This document shows, piece by piece, positions 1 to 14,465 of a DNA stretch of 64,000 nt (positions are counted from its first letter, which is position 1; each line of letters begins with the position of its first letter). The position numbers were made by a program, and so were the translations under genes. The notes beneath the pieces were generated by a model. It was not told the origin of the DNA, ran no database searches, and saw nothing but the letters and a program-made list of their open reading frames with translations. The stretch lies in NCBI RefSeq assembly GCF_009914755.1, contig NC_060926.1. The stretch is one strand, 5' to 3'. This DNA comes from the human T2T-CHM13v2.0 reference genome, Homo sapiens.

Positions 1-1620
1 TGATTTGTGGCCAGGCTGGACAAATTCCTGAGGCACAACTTGGCTTCAGTTCAGATTTCAAGCTGTGTTGGTGTTGGGACCAGCAGAAGGCAAACGTCCA
101 GCCAACACACAGGACTGTAAGAGGACTCTGAGCTACGTGCCCTGTGAAGACCCCCAGGCTTTGTCATAGGAGGTCGTTCAGCTTCCCCAAAGTCAGAGGT
201 GATTTGATTTGGGGAAGACTGAATATTCACACCTAAGTCGTGAGCATATCCTGAGTTTTACTTCCTTATGGCTTGCCCTCCAAGTTCTCTCTCTCATACA
301 CACACACACCCTTGCTCCAGAATCACCAGACACCTCCATGGCTCCAGCTATGGGAACAGCTGCATTGGGGCTGCCTTTCTGTTTGGCTTAGGAACTTCTG
401 TGCTTCTTGTGGCTCCACTCGCGAGGCAGCTCGGAGGTGTGGACTCCGATTGGGCTGCAGGCAGCTCTGGGACGGCACAGGGCGGGCGCTCTGATCAGCT
501 CGTGTAAAACACACCGTCTTCTTGGCCTCCTGGCCAGTCTTTCTGCGAATAGTCCTCTCCCTGGCCAGTTGAATGGGGGAAGCTGCTGGCACAGGAAGGA
601 GAGGCGATCCCGGCTGAGGCTTAGGAAATTGCTGGAGCCGGCTCCAAGCAGATAATTCACTGGGGAGGTTTTCAGAGTCAAACATCATTCTGCCTGTGTT
701 GGGGGCCAGGTGTGTCACACAAGCATCTCAAAGTCAAAAGCCATCTGGGGCTGCTGCTTCTCTTTCTCAGGCTCTGGGGAAAGGAATCTCCCTCTCCTCT
801 CACTTGATTCCAAGTGTGGTTGAATTGTCTGGAGCACTGGGACTTTTTTTCTCTTTTCCTTGATGGACCAACAGTGCAAATGCAATCTCGCCATTTAACT
901 TTCAGGTCGATTTCCTTTCCTGATCAGACATCTTTGTGCCCCCTTTAGGAAGGAAAAGAATACACCTACGATGTGCCAGGCACTGTGTTAGGCGCTTTTA
1001 TATAGATCCTCGTTAGGATGAGACTAAGGGATGAGGACATCTCTTTATAAAAGGCCCCTAAGTAATGGATAAACAGAAACACTTAGAGGTGAGAAGGTCT
1101 GTCTTCAAGATCCAAGGTAAGATTGCCTTCAGTCTGATGTTTGTTCTCAAGGACTTATCCCCTACAATATTCTCCCACTCCATACTTCTCCTTCTACCCC
1201 ACCATGTGCTCCCGTGCACTCCTCAGATGGTCAGAGGGGTAACCCAAGTCCTTAGAGAATTTGGGGACCAATAGAATATGTGATGTGTGAATTTTCTTTA
1301 AAAAACTTAAGGAGTCTTTGCTACCTTCTGCTTGTTGAGTTGTTTTGGCATTCATATTAAAAGCCAGCATCTCACTATTTATTGACAGGTTGGGCTGTGT
1401 GTGTGCGCATGTGTGTATACATTTCCAGGCGTGCCTGTGTCCTGTAGCTTTTTAAAAGGAAACCCAGTCATCCCACTATGAATCTGGCATCTTCTTATGC
1501 TTCTAGTGTTTTGGCCATACATCAACCAAGGGGTTTAATTTATCCAATGCTTGACGACATGTTCAGGAGGGGCTGGATCAAATTTTGAGAGGGTTATGGG
1601 AAAGGGAGGGGGAGAAGAAA

Positions 1621-1660
1621 TTGACATTTATTTTATTATTTATTTTAAATGTTTACATCT
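1621..1660 (+). promoter_or_regulatory. AU-rich element plus miR-30 8mer site
   Basis: ATTTATTTTATTATTTATTTT at 1626-1646; TGTTTACA at 1650-1657. Confidence 0.6.
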
Positions 1661-1941
1661 TCTTTATGTTGTATCAAGCCTGAATAGAAACTGATAGCAT
1701 TAAAATACTCCGTTCCTCTCTCTCTTCTCGCTTCCTTTTTTTTTTTTTTTTTAAATTTAGGATAACACATTTTTGTTTCTAAAGTGATTTGTGATTTGTG
1801 CTGTATAAACTGTATAAAAGGTTCTGTTTTTAAAGGTGGATTTTCATTCCTCTGGGGACAGTGGTCGCCAAGACATCTACATTGTAAGAGAACACAGTGG
1901 AAGATCCTGTCCTGATTCTCAAAAATTATTTTCTCTGTATG

Positions 1942-1985
1942 ATTAAAAGTTTATTCCATTTATTTTAGTTTGTGTTTACTTGATT
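1942..1985 (+). terminator. Possible proximal alternative poly(A) site
   Basis: TGTA at 1936, ATTAAA at 1942-1947, followed by U/GU-rich TTTAGTTTGTGTTTACTT. Confidence 0.45.
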
Positions 1986-2554
1986 TTGAGGAAGAAAATA
2001 TTTGACTTTGTGTAAAGAGTAGGGTATCAGGGTGTCTTTTCTGCCGTGGGAGATGTGTATATATATAGTATTTTGGTGTATAGTAGAAAATAAGCTTTGT
2101 GCATCTGTATTTGAGATATGTTAATGACGTGGAGTAAAGTCAGCTGTAAGACTCTGGAGGCAAACAAGTTGTATATGGTTCATATGGCTCTATGGGGAAT
2201 TTAATTACCTTTCTGGGCACTTTTTTTTTTTTTTTTTTTTTAAGTAATGGTGAAATGGTCCCATTGGAGAGTCTCCTAAATAGACCTTCCAGGCAGAACC
2301 GCAAGCTCAAAATCTTTGTATAGTTTTGAAAATTGAGGAGTAGCTTTGTTTGGAAGCCTTTCTGGTGGTGGTTTTTGTTGTTGTTGTTGTTTTGTTGTTT
2401 TACTATATGTAATACAAGCCTACAGTATTTGCACTAAAGAAAGCTTGTTAGAAAAAGCTTGCTGCTATGGAAGAAAGAACATATTAAAACTTCTTTCCCT
2501 TGCGATTTTTTTGGGGGAGGGGGGTTAGCATTTCCACTTTCAGTTGAGTAGCAT

Positions 2555-2625
2555 TTTGTAGAATAAAATGAATTAAGATTGAAGAGCCTCTGATGGTTGG
2601 TTTATTCTGTCTTCCCATCTCTCCT
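2555..2625 (+). terminator. Main cleavage/polyadenylation site
   Basis: TTTGTA immediately upstream, AATAAA at 2562-2567, GU/U-rich tract (TGGTTGGTTTATTCTGTCTT) ~25-45 nt downstream. Confidence 0.8.
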
Positions 2626-3341
2626 TTTTCTTCTCTTTTTCTTCTATTCCTCTCTACCTTTGGCCCTCATGGGTAAAGTTGGTTTTTCTGCTGGTGGGGT
2701 GGCAGGGGGGCTGGGGGAGCTGGGAACTTCCTTCTGCTTGCTTAGAACCTCTTTCTGCAAAGCTGTGAGGTGGGCTTCTGGGAGGGCATCGGGGCATGTC
2801 TACCGCCCCGTCTCATTCTTCTTTTCCCTTTTGACCCCTTCCCAATCCCTCCTGATCCTGTTTCCTTCTCAGGGCCTAATTCTCAGCCAGCTGCCAACTC
2901 TTGCCAAGCTGTGAGCCAATAAAAGTATAAGGTGCTATCCCTTCCTTGGGGTATTTTGTTTGAACAGGTTGACTCTGGAAACCCAGAAATCTTCAAAGAA
3001 CCAATTAAATGTATGGCTAAGGTTGTCAGGGTGGTTGGATGAGATCACGAGCAGGAAAGGGCTCAGAAAACCGTGCAAATATGTTGGGTGATCACATCTC
3101 TAGACTTCTGTTTTTGAAAAGTCACAGGCTGTTAGGTGTTGAGCACTTAAAAGTGTCATCTCAGGCCCCCATTATCCTGTAGACCAGGAATCCCAGGGTG
3201 ATTGGGGAACATCTGCTCTGGGGTACTCTTTCCTTGTAGTGCGAATGATAGGGACGAAACCCTGTCATGAGTTAAGGCCCATGGTGGCTGGCAGCTGGCT
3301 GAGACTTAGCCCTAGAAATTATACCACTTGCTCCAATATGC

Positions 3342-3644
3342 TTTATTATTTTATTTTATTTTGAGATAAGATTTCATTCTATCACCCAGGGTGGCATGCA
3401 GTGGCACAGCCATGGCTCACTGCAGCCTTGACCTCTCCGGCTCAGGTGATCCTCCCACCTCAGCCTTCCAAGTAACTGGGACTACAGGCATCTGCCACCA
3501 TGCCTGGCTAATTTTTGTATTTTTTGTCGAGATAGGGTTTCACCATGTTGCCCAGGCGCTTCTTGAACTCCTGGACTCAAGCAGTCCTCCTGCCTCAGTC
3601 TCTCAAAGTGCTGGGATCACAGGCATCAGCCACCATGCCTGGCC
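3342..3644 (-). mobile_element. Alu (AluJ-like)
   Basis: Dimeric Alu in reverse; diverged TSD (tccaatatgcttta / tcccacatgcttta). Confidence 0.9.
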
Positions 3645-3699
3645 TCCCACATGCTTTAGACAAGCTCAGTGTATAGGCCTCATTCTCTGGAGACACCAA

Positions 3700-3840
3700 G
3701 AGCACTGAGCTGGGAGTCACAGGGACCCTAAATCCTAGGCCTGCCCCCAATACTCACTGGCTATTGAGGTTTGGAGAGAGCCATTTAACCTCTCTGACCC
3801 TTAGTTTCCTCATCAGTAAAGGAGCAGGGTCATGATAATA
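3700..3840 (+). mobile_element. MIR fragment
   Basis: MIR core: ttaacctctctgacccttagtttcctcatcagtaaa. Confidence 0.65.
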
Positions 3841-3933
3841 TTATATTATATATGTAAAATATATAAGTAAACAGGAGGGATAACAATATGCCTTCCTTTT
3901 CCTTTTTTATTTTATATATAATATATAATATAG

Positions 3934-4280
<347 letters not shown>

Positions 4281-5504
4281 TCGTTTTCCTTTTATGTGAG
4301 CCAGGGGCATTAGGGAACAGGGCCACTCAGAGTCGTAGCATTGGGCCTTGTAATGACCTCTTCTGCCTGAGTAGACAAGGAACCAGAAGGAATCTGGAGG
4401 GTTTCAGTGCTACCTGTACTTTCTTGAGTAACTGGTATGTTTCCTTGTGGTATAAATGCCAAGGAGGCAGATGCTCGGGAGGTCCACATCCAGCTTCTCT
4501 GAGCTTTGGGGATTATGTTGTCAAGAGAGACACATGTGCTCATGCTTTGATGCTTGGCTGTCATGCCTAGGCCCTTCCATAACATTGTTCATCTTCAAAA
4601 TCCACTGTTTATTTAAATTCCCACCTCTTCACCTATAGGGCAATTAGAGAGGTTGATGGCTGCCAGGGGCTTATTAGATGGAGTCAGAAGCTTCTCTGAG
4701 CAGCTGTAAATGCTTTCAAAGCATCCAGACAGTTTTTCAGTTTCTTATGGAGAAAAAAAGTAAGGGGCGACCTCTACTGGGTTCTCAACCTAAGACGGTC
4801 TGTTGGGGGAATGTTGCAGTCACCTGTCATTCTAGGCTGCCTCGGCCCAAACCAGTTCAGTGACCTGGGGTAATGGTTAACTCTTGATGACATTTCCAAC
4901 AAATTTGCAGTTTTGAGGATTAAGCACAATCTGCTTCCCCAGGAAAGCTGTCTTGGTGAGGGATCCCTGGGACCATCCCCTTTTGCTGGACCTAGAGTTC
5001 CCCAAGTGAACACAACCCAGTCTCCAGGCTTTCTGTGTTCATTAGGCCTGCCACTATGTAAGGGAAAAGGAATTTCTCCTGGAGCTGATATTTTCCAACA
5101 TGTTGAGCAACGAGACCATGTATGTGTGAGGGCATATGAAAAGAGGTGACGGGCTCAAGTCAGAGGGAAACTTAAGTAGTTGAAATCATAGACCTTTGTG
5201 ACAGTGTTGATGGAGGCAACTTGATTAAGGTGAAGCCACTGGGCTCTGGGCTCCAGTGCCATGTTTGAAATGAAGAGTGCGATTTTCCTTTTGGCCTGTG
5301 TGTTTAAAGGGTGAATGGGATACTTGTACATGGGTAGCTCAGCCCCTGCTGGCCACAGGGCCCTGCCAGGCCCTCACACAGGTCTGATGGCCTTCAGGGC
5401 CAACTGTGTACCTGGTCTAGGATGCTGTTCTTACACCTGATGAGACAACTAAAGGACTGTTTCCTGAGACACTGTGAGCTGTTAGGACAAGTCCATCCAG
5501 TCTT

Positions 5505-5823
<319 letters not shown>

Positions 5824-6364
5824 CATCCAGTCTTTGCAGTCAGCTTCTGCCTTTGCCAAACCTTCCTGGAGTGGAGAGGGGACTATACCCCATGACTGCC
5901 CATTGGGCAGATCCTCCTCCTCCTCGTCCATTAGGCCCCTCATGAGTAGAGGCCACAGTGAAGTGCATCCGTAGTCTATCCATAGCCTGTGAGTTGTTGT
6001 CCCTGGAAAGTTCCACTCACTTGAAGAAAAAAAATAGAACCTTCTTCAGGCTCCACCTCTGGAAGTGGGAAGTCCTTAACCAAACTAAACACCTTCACAA
6101 GTCCTTCTGTAAGCCCAAGGGGAAAACAAACCAAAACACAAACACTCCGCAGTGGCCTGGACTGCAGTGGCATTCGGCTGAATGTCTCTGAGGGCACTGT
6201 GAGGACAGGGCCCTGGTTAGACACGGGGGACCCCCCTTCTTTCTCCAAAGGCAAAGTACAGGCTGCTGTGGGGCCTTCAGATCTGCTGCTATTTCAGAGC
6301 ATAACGCTGCCTTGTCCCTCAGGACCTTTGGAAACTATTCAGTATTATATAGGTGACATATCTT

Positions 6365-6610
6365 TGTTTTGTGGTGGAATTCATATAGAAGAAAATGAAC
6401 CATTTTAGAGTGAACAATTCAGTGGCATTTATTACCTTCACGATGTTGTATAATACAACTACCACCTCTGTCTAGTTGCAAAATATTTTCATCACCCAGA
6501 AAGAAAACCCCAAACCCATTAAGCTACTACTCCCCAGTCCTCCCTCCCCAACCCCTGACAACCACCAATCTGCTTTCTGTCTCTATGGATTTATATTTAG
6601 GTAGTATTTC
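6365..6610 (-). mobile_element. L1M (L1MB-type) 3' fragment
   Basis: Typical L1MB 3' UTR motifs (attttcatcaccc...accaccaatctgctttctgtctctatggattt). Confidence 0.7.
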
Positions 6611-6816
6611 TGAGAATCCCAGTGACTCTATTTTCTGAACTAAAAAAGAATCATGAAACATTAGCACAGAAAATAAACTAATAGAGACTAGTGGTACTGT
6701 TTCCCCTTTATTTCCATACTTCGTAACCTTTTCATGTGCCTTTATATAAATGGTCTCATTCAGTAACCCAAGAGACAAATGTTGCTGGATGTGTTGGAAA
6801 ATCTCAACTCCATTAG

Positions 6817-7272
<456 letters not shown>

Positions 7273-7711
7273 TGATAAAAACAGACACCTTGTGTTTTAA
7301 ACATAAGAGAACCGCATTTAAAAAAATTAGTGTGCAGTTGGAGACTGTCACCATTATATTCTTACAGGGATGAGGGAGAAAATATTCATTAAAAAATATT
7401 TTTGTGTTCCTACTAAGTGCATGACACCGCCAAAGGCACTCTTGGGACACAGTTCTATAAGACACTGTTGATGCCAGTGTTAGAAATGAGGTGTCTCTTT
7501 ATTTCACAGCCAAATGTTTTCACTGGAAATAGCAATGAACTAAAAACTAGAAGCTGCCCTCAAGGAGGTTGCAATCTGGTTGGAGTGGAAGGAGAAGGAG
7601 CACAGACATTTTGGCCTGTGGCAGGTGGGGGGATTTCAGAGACAATTCCATGGAGGAGAGGATCCTAAATTGGAGCCTGAAAGTGGGATGGCTATGGGTA
7701 AGATGGAGTGG

Positions 7712-8017
7712 AGCCGGGCACGGTGGCTCACACCTGTAATCCCAGCACTTCAGGAGGCCCAAGGCAGGTGGATCACTTGAGGCCAGGAGTTCAAGACCAG
7801 CCTGGGTAACACGACAAGACCTCGTCTCTATAAAAACTTAAAAAATTAGCTGGGCATGGTTGCATACACCTGTGATCCCAGCTACTCAGGAGGCTGAGGT
7901 GGGAGGACCGCTTGAGCCCAGGAGGTGGAGGCTGCAGTGAATTGTGATAATGCCACTGCATTCCAGCCTGGACAGCAAAGTGAGACCCTGCCTCAAAAAA
8001 AAAAAAAAAAAAAAAAA
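7712..8017 (+). mobile_element. Alu (AluJ-like)
   Basis: Full Alu with a pure A tail. Confidence 0.95.
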
Positions 8018-11000
8018 TGGATAAAGAAGAGAGCAAGCGTGCCTGGCCAAGGGAACAATCTAACACAAGGGGAAGAGAACATGGGTTGGCTTTGGGGGCT
8101 GTGCAGGAGGCCTGGATGTCCTGAGCATGGGCTGATTGGGGATGTTGGAAATTTAAGCTGCCAACCTAAGGCAGGCTTGAACCTTTCTATAGTCAGTCTA
8201 TCAACGCCTTTTATTGAGTGCCTATTTGTGCTAGGCACTGTTCTCGGCTCCAGGAAGACAGAGGGGACAAGGAAGCCTTAGGGCCCCCACCCCCACCCCA
8301 GGCCATTGTCCTGGCTACTGGCCATTGTAGAATAAGTAATTACAGGTTCACGAGTGTCTCACAGAGATGTATAAGGCACCATGGGGGCAGGTACCAAGGG
8401 GACTTTCCCTAGTCTGGGGGATGGTTAGAAAGGGCTTTCCAGAATCAGTGGCATTTAAACAGACCCCAAAAGTAAGAAGAAATGAGAGATTTATTTCTAG
8501 GTATTGGAAGCTGCAAATGGGGCAGCTGCATGGCGGAGGGGTGACACAGCCGCAGTCCCACTCTAGAGAGGTTATTGCTGCAGGTGTGCAGGAAAGGTGG
8601 GCGGGGGGAGGAAGGAGGCCCCGCAAGAGTCCGCACTAGCAGTGATGTCAGAAGGACGTTCCTGGGGAAGCCGAGTCTGAGAGGTCTGGTTCCAGGAATA
8701 AAAACTGGGAGGCAAGAGGAGGAGCTGGGTCGGGGGCAGGAGGCCCAGGTCCTGAGTTCGGTTTTAGGCATTTAATGCCAGGAGCTGGAGGACGTGCAGA
8801 TGGGTGCCACCATCACGTCATGTTTCCACCCTGCCCTGGTCCTGAGCCCTCTGTGTTTTCCCGGCCAGTGTTCTCTTGTTCCCCAGAGGGGCTCCCCTCT
8901 TCTCAGGCCCCCCAGCCCCCTCACTTTCTACAGACGATGTCACCTTCCACCTCACAGAAAATGGAGGCCATCAGAGAGCATCTCCTCCATCTCCCATCGC
9001 TGCCATCTGTCTCCCACCTTCCCTCCTTCTCCTGATTTGACAGAGAAGGGCCCCTCCTGCCCCCAAGCCCCTTCCTTTGCCCAGCTCTGGGTACCCACCG
9101 TGCTCCTTCTTCTCAGGGACCCTCTTCCACCAGCTTCCTCCTATTCTTATTTTGTGGTTGACGTCAGTCTTTTCAAGGGCCCTTTCCCATCAGCATTAAA
9201 TGTGATCAAGTATCATCCATCTTAAACATGACAAAAACCGACCTTGGCCCCACTCGCATTTCAGCTTCACAGCTGAGAGTCTTGTGAAGTTATGTTTACT
9301 TACTGCATCCACTTCCTCACTGCCACTCTTCTGTCAGCCCGCTGAAGTCTGGCTTCCCCTCTCTGCCCTGAGCCTCTGTACTTCCTTGTGACAAAATCTT
9401 ACACAGACACATCTCAGCCCTTATCATCTTTGATTACTGCCCAGCATTTGGCACTGCTAACCACTTTTTCTGTGAAATGCCTTTTTCTGTTTTTAACTTT
9501 CCTCTCCCTGTCCTTGACTCTCATCTCTTGCTCAGTCCTCATATCAATGCAGACACCCCCAAGTCCTGTCTGCTCCCCGTGTGAATGTTCTATCCTGCCC
9601 CACTGCCTCCATCCTAGTATAAGCCCCTCTCATCTCTCATCCAGACAACCACAGTCATCTCCAGTCCCCACTTTGCAGCCAAAACAAACTGATATGAGTG
9701 TTCACAGCCTGCTATTTCCTGCTGCTGCTGCAGGTTCTGGGTCCCTAAAACCAAACTGATTACTTCAGGCTCCTACTCCAAGCCTATTGGAGAGGTACTT
9801 CCGTTAGGATTCCATGCAGCCGCCTGTGCCTGAAAACCCAAATCAACAGAACCTTGAACATACAAGGTTTTCTTCTCTTATCTGAAAGTCTGGAGCCAGA
9901 GGTTGGGGGAAAAATTTGCTCTCTGGGAATAATTATTTTGTTCATTGTCTGTGTCTCTGGGCTCTTCCTTCTGGGAGGTTCTTCCTGGTTCACTAACCTC
10001 CATGGCCACCCTCGATATGGGCATTGGTGAGTGGGCTCCCCGGGTATTCACAACCTACTTCTTGCTGCTGCAGGTTCTGGGGCCCCTGGATTGTTTTAGG
10101 ATTTAACTGTTAAGGTTATGACAGACCATACTCACTGCTTTTTAAAAAAAATTTTATACATTTTCTTTAAAAGCTTGGTAGGTTTTCAATCTATTTGCTT
10201 CTAGTCAGTTTCTTAAGCAAAAACCACAGCTAAAGATCTAGCGTAGACATCATTTTCACACCACATGGGAACCCAGGGTGGCTTGAGAAGGTTAAGTTCA
10301 AACCCTCTCTGTGACTAACCACACCAAACCACCAAGTTTACTTTGATGTGAAGACCTCTGGATAGATATTCAAGGAAATCTCTTCCCAGGGACCTAAAAG
10401 GACCACCTGTTCCTCTCTCTTCTAAGGCATCTTCACCCTCTGGGACTTCCAATGGAAGATAGAAGATTAGGACGCATATCTGACTTCCTTCCCACCTGCT
10501 TTCTCTCTGGCCTCCTCCTTGCCATCCTTTGGACTAAAGGTCAGGGGTTTCTCTTCTATTCTTTTCTTTAGGTAAAGCCCCATGATTAATTCTGTCAGGG
10601 CTTCTTGATATCTTAAAGAGGGAGCTAAAGACAACAGAACATCTTTTTTCTTTTAAAAATAATGTCTTTTGAGACTATTGTCTGGCTGAAAAATCTTATT
10701 TTGGAGGTCAGAAGCTATTCATTATCTTCCTCTCCATTTTTTTCTTTGATAATCCTAGTCCCTTTCCCCAAGGAAGCAGATGTTTGAGCTGAGCAGGAAG
10801 AAGGTCACATGCACAGAAATGCAAAAGAGAAATGCAATTAATCCTATTTTTCAAAATAGGGTCCTGTTTACATCATCAAGGACTTCCTATTTTGCTTAGG
10901 GTAAGTCCAAAATGTGTAATAGGGTCGTTCTGGTCTGAGCCCTACTTATCGCCCCAGCCTCATCCGATCAGTCTCCCAGCCTCACACTCTTCACCGCAAC

Positions 11001-12140
11001 TACCCTGGACTTCTCTCACTTCCTTCACCACAGGTTGCTCAGGACGTTCCCAAAAGCTTCAGTGTTGGCCAACTCCTGTTCATCTCCCAAGTTTTGATTT
11101 CAAAGTCCCTCCTGGTCTTGAGAAGGATTTTCTTGACTCATAGCATCCCTCAGAGCACCTTGCATCCTTATGATTAATTCATTAATTTTTTTATGGTTAT
11201 TTTTGATTAAACACCTCTGTTTTCCAGTAGAACACCAATAGCAGGAGTGCAAGAATGACGTTCTGTCTGCTGGGAGCCTCGTTAGGTCATCATTATCCCT
11301 AGCCTGGATTAGACAGATGTGTTTCTAAAACGTACATCTGCGCAAAACCCTTCAGTGGTCCCTCTTTTTACTCAGGTCGCTCTTTTTACTCAGTCAAACT
11401 CCTTTATGTCGCTTCCAAGGCCCTGCATGATCTGGCCCCAACTTCTTCTGTCCTTACCCCCCATCTTCTTCAACCTTCATCTAGACCGAAATACCACTCA
11501 GTGTAATAAAAGGGCTGACCCTCTTGCCTACAAGTCTCCAGATATGCTCTACCCATTTTTTCTGGTAGAGACAACTCCTATTAATTCTTCAGCTCTTGGC
11601 TGATAGATTGCCTGCTTGATTCATTAACTTGTTCACTCATCCCCGTTCTAGTTGCCAGGAACTACCCTGAGTGCTGAGGAACAGTGAACAAGACAGACCC
11701 GGCCTGCCCTCCCCCGCCCCGCATCTGTCTCCTCCGTGTTGTCTTCCCTCACCAGCCTCACCTCCAGGCTGAATTAGTTGTCTCTCCTCTGGGTCCCCTG
11801 GCTCTCTGTAAAACTGCTAGTGTTGCCTTATCACAGTTTTAATGACACTTAACCTGTCTCTCCCCGCTGCTAGCCTATGGGCTATTTGTTGAATGCATCT
11901 ATGACTCCTCAAAGTACTCTGCTAAGGGTAATTAAAAGGAATAGGTTGTTATGAATTAGATGAAAAATAAAAATCAAACACTATTGGAATTAACTGTTTT
12001 TTTCCTTCAAAGCAACTGATGACATTGATATGAAATTGGAAATATTTAACCGTTTGCAAATTCTTTTTATGCTAATAGAGCCAACATTTCAACAGCTATT
12101 ACTTCACTTTTTATTTGTGTAATGAGAAAATTTAGAATTA

Positions 12141-12476
<336 letters not shown>

Positions 12477-12609
12477 GAGAAATAGGAAATAGCATAGAAT
12501 GGAGGAGCTGAGCCACAGGTGCTGCTGGTGGGCGCACAGGGCAAGGTGGACAAGGGACGGGGAGGGAGACAAAGGCAGAAGAGGTCCCTTCTCCTCCTCC
12601 TTCCTCAGG

Positions 12610-13066
<457 letters not shown>

Positions 13067-13577
13067 AGAGACAAAGAAAGAGCTTGGATCTGGAGAGAGG
13101 GGAGCGCCATGGGGGCCTTTTCCTCTCCTAGTCCCTGATGACGTTCCAGTGACTCCTCAGATTCTGGGGCTGGCCGGGTCTCTTCTGACTAGAAAGAGGG
13201 CCTTGCAGAGCCACCCGGGTCCTCTCTTGGCACAGGTAAGCTTGGACAACTGGACATTGGCCCCTGCGCATGCCAGGGCACTGCAAGAGCATCGCAAGCT
13301 TCTCAGACACAGGACCTGGATGGATGACAGTCTTTCCTTCATGGAGCAGAAGAAGGATGCCTCAGGAAGCTTCTGCACCAAGAATGAGGCCTCAAAAGCA
13401 AGGGTCAGGAAATGTGGGAGTGTTTGTAAGGGCATGGGATTGGCTTGTCTAGCTGAGGGGACAGTGTGGTCAAACAGAAACTACCCAGAGTATGGAACCA
13501 GAAGTGCTGCTCTACCAACTAATAGTTGTGTAATCTTAAGCAAGTCACTTTCATCTGTGATTTAAAATAAAAGTCTC

Positions 13578-13878
13578 GGCCGGGTGCAGTGGCTCACACC
13601 TGTAATCCCAGCATTTTGGGAGGCCAAGGCTGCCAGATCGTTGAGCTCAGGAGTTTGAGAGCAGCCTGGGCAACATGGCAAAAACCCATCTCTACAAAAA
13701 ATACAAAAAGTAGCAGAGCATGGTGGTGTGTGCCTGTAGTCCCAGCTACTTGGGGGACAGAGGCAGGAGGATCACTTGGGCCCAGGAGATTGAGGCCGCA
13801 GTGAGCCATGTTTGGGCCACTGCACCCCAGTCTGGATGACAAAGCAAAATCCTGTCTCAAAAAATAAAATAAAATAAA
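13578..13878 (+). mobile_element. Alu (AluJ-like)
   Basis: Full Alu with an A-rich tail. Confidence 0.93.
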
Positions 13879-13884
13879 GTTTCA

Positions 13885-14460
13885 TTCATTGCCAGTGGGA
13901 ATGCAAAACAGAACAAATACTTTGGAAGACAGTTTGGTGGTTTTTCACAAAATTAAACATATTGTTACCAGGCGACTCAGCAATTATGCTCCTTGGTATT
14001 TACCCAAAGGAACTGAAAATGTACATCCACACAGAAACCTGCACACCAATTTTATAGCAGCTTTATTCACAATTGCTAAAACTTAGACGCTACAAGGATG
14101 ACCCTCAGTAGATGCTGAATAAATAAACTGGGGTATATCCAGACAATGGAATACTATTCAGTATTCAGTGCTACAAAAAAAAAAAAATATGAGCCATGAA
14201 ACCACAAAAAGACATGGAAAAAACTTAACTGCATGTCTGTAAGTGAGGGAATCCTAGTGTAAACTGTGGAATCCAGGTGATAATGATAAGTCAGTGCAGG
14301 TTCATTGATGGAAAGAAATGCACCACTCTGGTTGGAGCTGTTGACAGTGGAGGACCCTATGCACGTGTGTGGGCAGGGAGTATCTGGGATCACTCTGTAC
14401 TTTCTGCTTAATTTTGCTGTGAACGTAAAACCACTCTAAAAAATAAAGGCTATTTTTAAA
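13885..14460 (+). mobile_element. L1MC-type 3' fragment
   Basis: L1MC1-like tail (tgtaaactgtgga...aattttgctgtgaac...ctctaaaaaataaag). Confidence 0.75.
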
Positions 14461-14465
14461 AGTTG

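Larger units (their letters stand above)
1..2585 (+). other. FOSL2: Distal part of a long mRNA 3' UTR (terminal exon), probably FOSL2
   Basis: No recognisable Alu/L1/LTR in 2.6 kb; AU-rich elements, U-tracts and many miRNA seed matches; ends with UGUA + AATAAA (2562-2567) + downstream GU/U-rich element. The gene name is inferred from recalled synteny (SNRPG pseudogene ~42 kb downstream, 2p23) and was not verified by search. Confidence 0.7.

Noticed and set aside
1065-1274. 69-aa ORF inside the 3' UTR
   Set aside because: No evidence of translation; length expected by chance.
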